Below, one piece after another: positions 53,578 through 60,053 of a stretch of DNA of 60,053 nt. Position 1 is the stretch's first letter. Every line of letters starts with the position of its first letter. A program made the position numbers and the translations under genes. The stretch is from the NCBI GenBank assembly GCA_012409925.1, contig GCA_012409925.1_4804.1, one strand, 5' to 3'. The notes below the pieces were generated by a model, which was not told where the DNA came from, ran no database searches, and saw nothing but the letters and a program-made list of their open reading frames with translations. The stretch is from a phage.

Positions 53578-54120
53578 GTGTTATTTCTCCCTTATGACTT
53601 CGAAACAACCGGATTGACCGTGCACCCGAAAGCGCCGCTTGGGATGCAGCCGCGCCCTATTGAATTTGCAGGCCTGTTGACAGACGGCAAAGAGATTATT
53701 GAAACGTTTGAATTCATAATTAATCCTGAAATCGTGATTGAAGAAATTATCACAAAGATTACCGGATTAACAAATGAAGACCTTGAGTGCAATCCACCGT
53801 TCATCAATTTCGTCCCGCAGCTAAAAGAAATCTTCAAGAAGACTGATGCAACTATCGCGCACAACCATGCGTTCGATAAAAACATTCTTGATTATGCACT
53901 ACAGCGCGAAGGACTTACGCTTGATGATGTTAATTTTCCAGAAATAAACATATGTACAGTTGAGCAAACCTTGCCTATTTTTGGCCGAAGAGTTAAGCTT
54001 CAAGAGCTGTATGAATTATATTTCGGAAAATATGAACAGAAACACCGTGCATTAGACGACGTAATATTACTGCACAAAGTCTGCCAACAAATTGGCGTAT
54101 ATGACATCTGGAGTAAATAA
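53578..54120 (+). CDS. DnaQ-like 3'-5' exonuclease (DEDDh)
   Basis: GTG start with GGAGG RBS; Exo I YDFETTG, Exo II AHNHAFD, Exo III HRALDD. Confidence 0.75.
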   Translation: MLFLPYDFETTGLTVHPKAPLGMQPRPIEFAGLLTDGKEIIETFEFIINPEIVIEEIITKITGLTNEDLECNPPFINFVPQLKEIFKKTDATIAHNHAFDKNILDYALQREGLTLDDVNFPEINICTVEQTLPIFGRRVKLQELYELYFGKYEQKHRALDDVILLHKVCQQIGVYDIWSK

Positions 54121-57017
54121 TGTTTCCACAATTGAGAGTTCGCAGCGGTTACACGTTCAAAGAAGTTTATGGACGGCATCCTGAAATTATAGCACGGCTC
54201 AAAGAGTTGGGCTGCGAAGTCGCGGCATTAGTTGATAACAACACATGGGGTCACGTTCGCTGGGAAAAGGAATGCCAGAAAAATGATATTAAGCCTATGT
54301 TTGGGATGGAGATTCCAATCATCGACCCTGATGCGGACCCTAAAAAGGGATTCAAACCGAAGGCTTGGATATTGGCCCTTGACTTAAAATCTTTTTACAA
54401 TGCTACAACACTTTCAACGCAGCGCGGTGGGCTTACCCGTGCAGAGTTCGGTGCGCTCGATGGCGTCGTTAAATTCTGTGGCGGTGCCGTGGAGTTGCTG
54501 CGGCCAGAGGACTACGACTATATAGACGTCAACCCATCATCGTTCCTTTTGGCAAAGCGCCAGGCATTGGCTCATCGTAGCAGTGGAAGGCCGCTGGTTT
54601 TAACCGGATACAATCACATGCCTTCTCCTGAGCACGTTGACTTCGCTTATGCTTGGGAAGTGCGCGACACGGTCAAGCCGCACTGCATCGTTGACGCGGA
54701 AGACTTGCGCAAACAGCTTAAAGGCATCTTGACTGAAGATGAGCTCAATCAGGCAACGGCCAATGCTGTTGACATAGCAAACGGCATAGTCGGACTTGAC
54801 CTGAAATTGCGTAAGGCACCGATTATTCACCTTGCTGGTGACATGGTAAAGCTTGCGCGTGAGGGGATGGAGTACCGTCTAAAAGCAGGTCACATCAAAG
54901 AATGGACTCAGGAATATGAGGACCGCTTCAACGAAGAAATTCACCAGATTCAGCTGAAAGATTTCGACTCATACTTTCTGGTAGTAGCAGACCTTGTACG
55001 ATTCGCAAAAACAAAAATGCTCGTCGGTCCTGCTCGCGGCTCATCGGCTGGTTCACTTGTTTGCTATTGCCTCGGCATCACGGAAGTGGACCCAATCCCG
55101 TATAAGCTGCTGTTTGCCCGATTCATCGACGTAAGTCGCGCCGACCTTCCTGACATCGACATCGACTTTGAAGATACCAAACGCTATATGGTGTTTGATT
55201 ATCTTAAAGAGAAATACGGCGAAATGAACGTTGCAAAGCTTGGCAACATCAACACGCTTAAGGCCAACTCAGTAATGGCTCAAGTTGGTAAGAAGTTCAA
55301 CATTGGATACCACGAAACAGCCAACATTAAAAACGCACTGCTTGAATACTCATCCGGTGACGCCCGTTATGGTCACGGCCTGGAGGATACCTTTGCAACA
55401 ACGACCACGGGTCAAGAGTTCGTGGCTAAATATCCTGATGCCGCGCGTTGCATGGGTGACCTTGAGATTCACCCGTCCCACACAGGTGTTCACGCAGCGG
55501 GAATCATTGTGTGTAATGACCCAATCTCTGATTACTGTACTGTAACTGCAGAAGGGATTGCGCAAATCGATAAGCCTGACAGCGAATACCTAAACCTTTT
55601 GAAGCTTGATGCGCTGGGCCTTCGTACTCTCGGCATTATTTCTGATACAGGCGTTATTGATGCTGAAACGCTCTACGGAATCAAGCTTGATGATCAAAGC
55701 GTCCTTGACATTCTTAACGAAAACAAGATGTCAGGCATCTTCCAGTTTGAAGGTGATGCTGTACGCTCAGTAACAAACTTTGTTCACGTCGATAACTTTA
55801 ACAAAATCGACAACCTGACAGCTTTGGGTCGACCTGGCCCGTTGTCATCCGGTATGGCCCAGAAATACATTGAACGCGCGGCAGGGCGTGCGCCGATTGA
55901 ATACGACGTGCCGCAGCTTGAGCCGTACTTAAAAGAGACTTACGGCGTGTTTCTTTACCAAGAGCAAATCATGGCCGTGGTTAAAGAGATTGGTTCATTT
56001 GACTGGGCGAAAACGTCCGCTGTACGTAAGGCGATGTCAGGCCGTAAGGGTGAAGAATACTTTAACAAGCTTGGCGAAGACTTCGTTGCAGGAGCAATAA
56101 ATAACGGTGTACCGGAAGCGGATGCAAGAAAGCTTTGGCAAGCGATGGCCACGTTCGGGTCATGGGGCTTTAACAAGTCACACTCCGTGTCATACGCGGT
56201 CGTGACCTACTGGACATTGTGGCTTAAGCGACACTACCCGTTGGAATTTGCCGCAGCCTGCTTACGCGCTGCTAAGGACGAAGACCAGACGATTGCGATA
56301 TTACGTGAACTTGCGAAGGAAGGCGTGGATTACGTTCCAATCGACCCTGATCACTCTTCGATGAACTGGACCATCGCGAACGGAAAGCTAATCGGCGGCA
56401 TCATGAACGCGAAAGGGTACGGAATGGTGAAGGCGATGAAGTATATCGAAGCACGTGAAGCCGGAACCTTAACGCAAAAGCAAAAGGATGCATTGGCCAA
56501 TGCTGAAGTTAAATACGGCGACCTTACAGAGATGCACACCAAGTTCGGCTGGGCATATAATGACCCCTATCTGATTGGCGTTACTTCCGGTGCTTCAATA
56601 CGCCAGATGAAGGAAGTCGGCGATGACGAGCGCGCAATAGTAATCGGCAAGTTGACCAAGAAAGTGCTGGCAGACGAGAACGAAGCAACACGCATCCGTA
56701 AACGTCTTGAGCGCGGCATTTATACAAAGCACGGCAAACTTAAAAAGGGTCTTCAAGCTGATGGCCGCTACGCAGAGTTTGACCAGTATGGAAACAAGCT
56801 TGAGACTCAGTTCATCGACCTTATGTGCAAAGACGACTCGACCGACTCGCCAATGCGCTTCAGGATTCGTCCAGAGAAGTTCCAGAAGTACGGGAAGTAC
56901 ATCGCTGAAAACGTCGGGAACGGCGCATTCTTCCTGATGAAAGGTCGTAAGCTTGAAGGCATTGACATGTTCATCGTTGACGTGATCAAACAGGTGTATC
57001 CAGATGGCAACAAATAA
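54120..57017 (+). CDS. dnaE: DnaE-type (family C) DNA polymerase catalytic subunit
   Basis: 965 aa; palm motifs ...GPARGSSAGSLVCYCLGITEVDP... and ...FARFIDVSRADLPDIDIDFE...; N-terminal PHP-like LRVRSGYTF lacks canonical His residues. Confidence 0.8.
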   Translation: MFPQLRVRSGYTFKEVYGRHPEIIARLKELGCEVAALVDNNTWGHVRWEKECQKNDIKPMFGMEIPIIDPDADPKKGFKPKAWILALDLKSFYNATTLSTQRGGLTRAEFGALDGVVKFCGGAVELLRPEDYDYIDVNPSSFLLAKRQALAHRSSGRPLVLTGYNHMPSPEHVDFAYAWEVRDTVKPHCIVDAEDLRKQLKGILTEDELNQATANAVDIANGIVGLDLKLRKAPIIHLAGDMVKLAREGMEYRLKAGHIKEWTQEYEDRFNEEIHQIQLKDFDSYFLVVADLVRFAKTKMLVGPARGSSAGSLVCYCLGITEVDPIPYKLLFARFIDVSRADLPDIDIDFEDTKRYMVFDYLKEKYGEMNVAKLGNINTLKANSVMAQVGKKFNIGYHETANIKNALLEYSSGDARYGHGLEDTFATTTTGQEFVAKYPDAARCMGDLEIHPSHTGVHAAGIIVCNDPISDYCTVTAEGIAQIDKPDSEYLNLLKLDALGLRTLGIISDTGVIDAETLYGIKLDDQSVLDILNENKMSGIFQFEGDAVRSVTNFVHVDNFNKIDNLTALGRPGPLSSGMAQKYIERAAGRAPIEYDVPQLEPYLKETYGVFLYQEQIMAVVKEIGSFDWAKTSAVRKAMSGRKGEEYFNKLGEDFVAGAINNGVPEADARKLWQAMATFGSWGFNKSHSVSYAVVTYWTLWLKRHYPLEFAAACLRAAKDEDQTIAILRELAKEGVDYVPIDPDHSSMNWTIANGKLIGGIMNAKGYGMVKAMKYIEAREAGTLTQKQKDALANAEVKYGDLTEMHTKFGWAYNDPYLIGVTSGASIRQMKEVGDDERAIVIGKLTKKVLADENEATRIRKRLERGIYTKHGKLKKGLQADGRYAEFDQYGNKLETQFIDLMCKDDSTDSPMRFRIRPEKFQKYGKYIAENVGNGAFFLMKGRKLEGIDMFIVDVIKQVYPDGNK

Positions 57018-57426
57018 CCGTGAGCAGAAATACATATTCGTGCCTTTGAAGAAGCATTCAGAATCGGTATTGAAGCTTCAACGAATCGAGTCGATGACTG
57101 GTGATGGCGTGCCGGACGTAATCGGCACCAACCGGAAAGGGCGCGGCTTTTGGCTTGAAATGAAGTTCTTTGAATCGTGGCCTGCAAGGGCCACCACTGC
57201 ACCTTTCAGAAATGCATTTGAGAAAGGCCAGTGCAGCTTTCTTTCTTCGTGGAATGATTGGAAATACCCATCATTTGTTTTGCTTAAAGTCGATTCTGAG
57301 AAGATGTTTTATTTAGTCCACCCTTCTATTGAATTAAAGCGTTATAATACTGCAGACGTTCAACGTGAGATAATCGTGAAGGGAACTATTCATCACATCA
57401 TCAAGTATTTAGAGGAATTGTCATGA
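57004..57426 (+). CDS. VRR-NUC domain nuclease
   Basis: PD-(D/E)xK-type motifs ...GDGVPDVIG... and ...GFWLEMKF...; overlaps DnaE stop. Confidence 0.6.
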   Translation: MATNNREQKYIFVPLKKHSESVLKLQRIESMTGDGVPDVIGTNRKGRGFWLEMKFFESWPARATTAPFRNAFEKGQCSFLSSWNDWKYPSFVLLKVDSEKMFYLVHPSIELKRYNTADVQREIIVKGTIHHIIKYLEELS

Positions 57427-58946
57427 AAACACAAGGAATGCGCCACCAATTATTGGCGCTTGATAAAGCAGGCCGCAGAAAATACTTTGCTTATTTTATG
57501 GAACAGGGTCTTGGTAAAACCTGGACTGCTTTGGCAGAGTTTGAAAAACACTTCGCCGCTGGCGCATTTGATGCCATGGTTGTCATCGCTCCTAACGGTG
57601 TCCACTCGAACTGGATTCGTCGTGAAGCACCAGAACACCTTTCCATTAAATGGATTGGTCATTACTGGCGCGGAAATGACAAGATGAAAACTAAAAAGGG
57701 TAAAGCCATTTGGGAGAAGATGTTTGCTGATCACTATCCTGAAGGTGAAGTGCCTGCGCGCATCTTCTCATTCAACATCGATACTGTCAACACACCAGTC
57801 GGTTATCAACACATCGAGTCGGTCTTGAAGAAATACCGCTGTTTGATGATCATTGATGAATCGACGCGTATCAAAAATAACACAGCCAAACGCTCCATCA
57901 AGGTTGTAGAATTGGGGCGGCTGGCAAAGGCCCGTCGCATACTTTCCGGCACGCCGCTGCCGCGCTCGCCTGCTGATATTTACATGCAGTATCACTTCCT
58001 TGAAGCTGGCTTGCTTGGCACCAAATCGTTCCGTGCATTTAACTCTGAATTCACAGTACTGCTTGAAGCGCACGACCCAGAGATGCAGGCCATTCTCAAG
58101 AAAATCGGCGGCAGTGGCTATGGGATTCCGCAAGTGCCGCGCAAAGACCAGTTTGGCCGACCGATGTACAAGAACCTTGACAAGCTTATCCGGCTGATGG
58201 AACCGCACTATTTCCGCGCGACAAAAGCGGAATACCTGCCGGACCTTCCAGAGAAGGTGTACAAGTTTATCGACTTCGAGTTGTCGCCTAAGCAGCGCGA
58301 TGTCTATGATGAACTCAAGAATGAGTACAACTATCTTATGGAATACAAAGGCGAAGAAGAAAACGTTAAGTTTGAGATGATCGCGTCTCGCACTAAGATG
58401 AAGCAGGTGACATCAGGCTTTGTTAAGGTGTATGATGAGATGGTCTACATGGAAGACAACCCACGATTCACGGCCTTTAAGGACTATGTGGAAGGGGTGC
58501 TGGAAGACGACCCAGAGCGCAAATTCATCGTGTGGGCCATCTTTAAGGAAGAGATGAACCAGATTAAGGATTGGCTTGAGTCTGAAGGAGTGGTCACTGG
58601 TGTGTATAACGGTGAGACGTCAAAAGAGCAGCGTGAGTTCTTGATTGATGACTTCCAGAAAAACACAGTCGAGAACGGTGGAACACAAGTCTTGGTTTGC
58701 CACGCTGCAGCGGCAGGCATCGGAATCACGCTTACCGCCGCCGACTTGGCAATCTATTATTCTTGCAACTATGACAACGAGCTGCGCAAGCAATCCGAAG
58801 ACCGAAATCACCGCATCGGCACCAAATCAAGCGTGTTGTATGTTGATTTTATTGGGGTTGATACCATCGACGAAGAAATTCAGCGTTCACTGAGTATGAA
58901 GTCCATGCTTGCTGATCACATCCTCGACGGCAAAAAGATGAATTAA
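57423..58946 (+). CDS. SNF2-family helicase/ATPase
   Basis: Motif I EQGLGKTW, motif II MIIDESTRIKN (DExx); 507 aa; adjacent to VRR-NUC gene. Confidence 0.75.
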   Translation: MKTQGMRHQLLALDKAGRRKYFAYFMEQGLGKTWTALAEFEKHFAAGAFDAMVVIAPNGVHSNWIRREAPEHLSIKWIGHYWRGNDKMKTKKGKAIWEKMFADHYPEGEVPARIFSFNIDTVNTPVGYQHIESVLKKYRCLMIIDESTRIKNNTAKRSIKVVELGRLAKARRILSGTPLPRSPADIYMQYHFLEAGLLGTKSFRAFNSEFTVLLEAHDPEMQAILKKIGGSGYGIPQVPRKDQFGRPMYKNLDKLIRLMEPHYFRATKAEYLPDLPEKVYKFIDFELSPKQRDVYDELKNEYNYLMEYKGEEENVKFEMIASRTKMKQVTSGFVKVYDEMVYMEDNPRFTAFKDYVEGVLEDDPERKFIVWAIFKEEMNQIKDWLESEGVVTGVYNGETSKEQREFLIDDFQKNTVENGGTQVLVCHAAAAGIGITLTAADLAIYYSCNYDNELRKQSEDRNHRIGTKSSVLYVDFIGVDTIDEEIQRSLSMKSMLADHILDGKKMN

Positions 58947-58959
58947 TATCAAAAATAAT

Positions 58960-58988
58960 TTGACTTGTCATGGAAGATGAGTCATAAT
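58960..58988 (+). promoter_or_regulatory. candidate sigma70-type promoter with conserved hairpin/leader (copy B)
   Basis: TTGACT, 17-nt spacer, CATAAT; spacer and leader GATGAGTCATAATTACTTCATCGAAACGAA nearly identical to element at 52149-52179. Confidence 0.45.
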
Positions 58989-59020
58989 TACTTCATCGAA
59001 ACGAAACAGAGGAATACAAA

Positions 59021-59284
59021 ATGGTACGCATCCTTGAACGTTACAAAAATGAAGCTACTGGCGCAATCGCTTTCAAACGTCTTTTGGTCAAAGAAATTGA
59101 CGGGATGTTCCGCGTTGTTAAAGAGTTTGATTATGGCAACGGTGCTGGGGTGAATACCGTTATTATGCCTGGCATCAAGGCATATAAAACCTTAAAAGGC
59201 GCTGAGAAGGCTTTGGCGGCTTGGAAACCTGAACGTTATCAAATGACCCGTGTTGAAGGGCTAATGCAAGAAGGTAAAATATGA
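59021..59284 (+). CDS. hypothetical protein, 87 aa
   Basis: ORF track. Confidence 0.45.
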   Translation: MVRILERYKNEATGAIAFKRLLVKEIDGMFRVVKEFDYGNGAGVNTVIMPGIKAYKTLKGAEKALAAWKPERYQMTRVEGLMQEGKI

Positions 59285-59838
59285 GCAATATTAATTGGGA
59301 AGATGATTTGCCGCAGGTTGCTCCTGAGAGCATTCAAGAGCGCCTTGCGCGCTTAGTGTCTGAACTGGCAGAACGCCAAGAAGCTTTGACAGAGCTTGAA
59401 GATGAAGCTGATATGCAAAAGCAGCGCATCAGCGAAATCAAAACTGTTCTGCTTCCTGGCGTTATGGATGAGCTTGGCGTGTCCGAAATCAAGCTTGAGG
59501 ACAAGACCAAAATCAAGGTCGAGTCCAAGGTGAATGCTTCGATCAAGAAAGAAAACGAATTAAAAGTTTTCGATTGGCTTGTCAACAACGGTTACGGCGG
59601 CCTGATCAAGTCCAGCGTCACGGCTGAGTTCGGTCGCGAAGAAATCGAACAGGCGCAAGAGATTGTTGCCGCGCTGCGTGAAGATGGTGTTGAAGCCACA
59701 CTGAAACAAGGCGTTCATTCTGCTACACTGAAGTCCTTTGTAAAAGAACAGCTGGAAGCAGGCAATCCAGTTAGTGAAGATATTAGCGTTTTTGAATACA
59801 AAGAAGCTAAAATAACCTTGCCTAAAAGCAAAAAGTAA
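59281..59838 (+). CDS. hypothetical acidic coiled-coil protein, 185 aa
   Basis: ORF track; ATGA overlap with upstream gene. Confidence 0.45.
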   Translation: MSNINWEDDLPQVAPESIQERLARLVSELAERQEALTELEDEADMQKQRISEIKTVLLPGVMDELGVSEIKLEDKTKIKVESKVNASIKKENELKVFDWLVNNGYGGLIKSSVTAEFGREEIEQAQEIVAALREDGVEATLKQGVHSATLKSFVKEQLEAGNPVSEDISVFEYKEAKITLPKSKK

Positions 59839-59897
59839 TTTAACCTTTATCTTGAAATCAGGTTGCCACGAAACTTGATACTATAGGAAAATATCAA

Positions 59898-60053
59898 ATG
59901 TCTAAGAAAGAAACTACCGAAGTTGCAGCGAAAAACACCCAGATGTCCGCTATGGCTGATTTTGTCGACATGACCGATTTTGGCGCTGGCTTTGAAGGTG
60001 CCGATGCCGATGCATATGCCATTCCTTTTATCGTCGTACTGCAGAAGATGTCT
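59898..60053 (+). CDS. hypothetical protein, partial (3' end beyond window)
   Basis: ATG 59898 with AGGA RBS; open to window end (MSKKETTEVAAKNTQMSAMADFVDMTDFGAGFEGADADAYAIPFIVVLQKMS...). Confidence 0.4.
   Translation, partial: MSKKETTEVAAKNTQMSAMADFVDMTDFGAGFEGADADAYAIPFIVVLQKMS

Overview
The window reads as a complete or nearly complete ~60 kb genome of a tailed dsDNA phage: gene-dense, genes cut at both window edges, and no integrase, repressor, tRNA or CRISPR recognised. All functional calls rest on motifs read by eye plus gene order; no database search or computation was run, so family names are hypotheses at the stated confidence. Layout: (i) 1-21.6 kb, minus-strand late operon with baseplate and tail proteins, a tape-measure protein carrying a lytic-transglycosylase domain, two tube-like paralogues, a 512-aa sheath-like protein, head-tail joining proteins, capsid module, MuF-like protein and a portal with an unusual C-terminal extension; an iteron plus AT-rich non-coding block sits inside this operon at 16.9-17.4 kb. 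(ii) 21.7-22.4 kb, a two-gene cassette on the opposite strand wedged between portal and large terminase (22.4-23.9 kb). (iii) 24-29.4 kb, plus-strand small membrane genes and a 778-aa tail fibre with a C-terminal intramolecular-chaperone domain. (iv) 29.4-33.2 kb, the most unusual region and my best candidate for an undescribed system: a (GTGGGTC)x5 tandem repeat, a 0.6 kb ORF-free stretch, then small acidic-protein genes written in a CA/TG-avoiding, CpG-rich sequence dialect, each behind a copy of one near-consensus sigma70-type promoter and a covarying leader hairpin, followed by a 10-copy ATAGTGCAAATTG motif array. (v) 33.2-34.0 kb, a second iteron/AT-rich block sharing an identical 23-mer with the first. 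(vi) 34-46.1 kb, minus-strand block of about 30 small early genes ending in a VirE-like helicase and a primase-polymerase. (vii) 46.3-60 kb, plus-strand replication and nucleotide-metabolism block: Dda-like helicase, K/A/E-repeat protein, FAD/NAD oxidoreductase, secreted protein, divergent ThyX-like enzyme, HAD phosphatase, SDR, VOC-like protein, DnaQ-like exonuclease, DnaE-type polymerase, VRR-NUC nuclease and SNF2 helicase.
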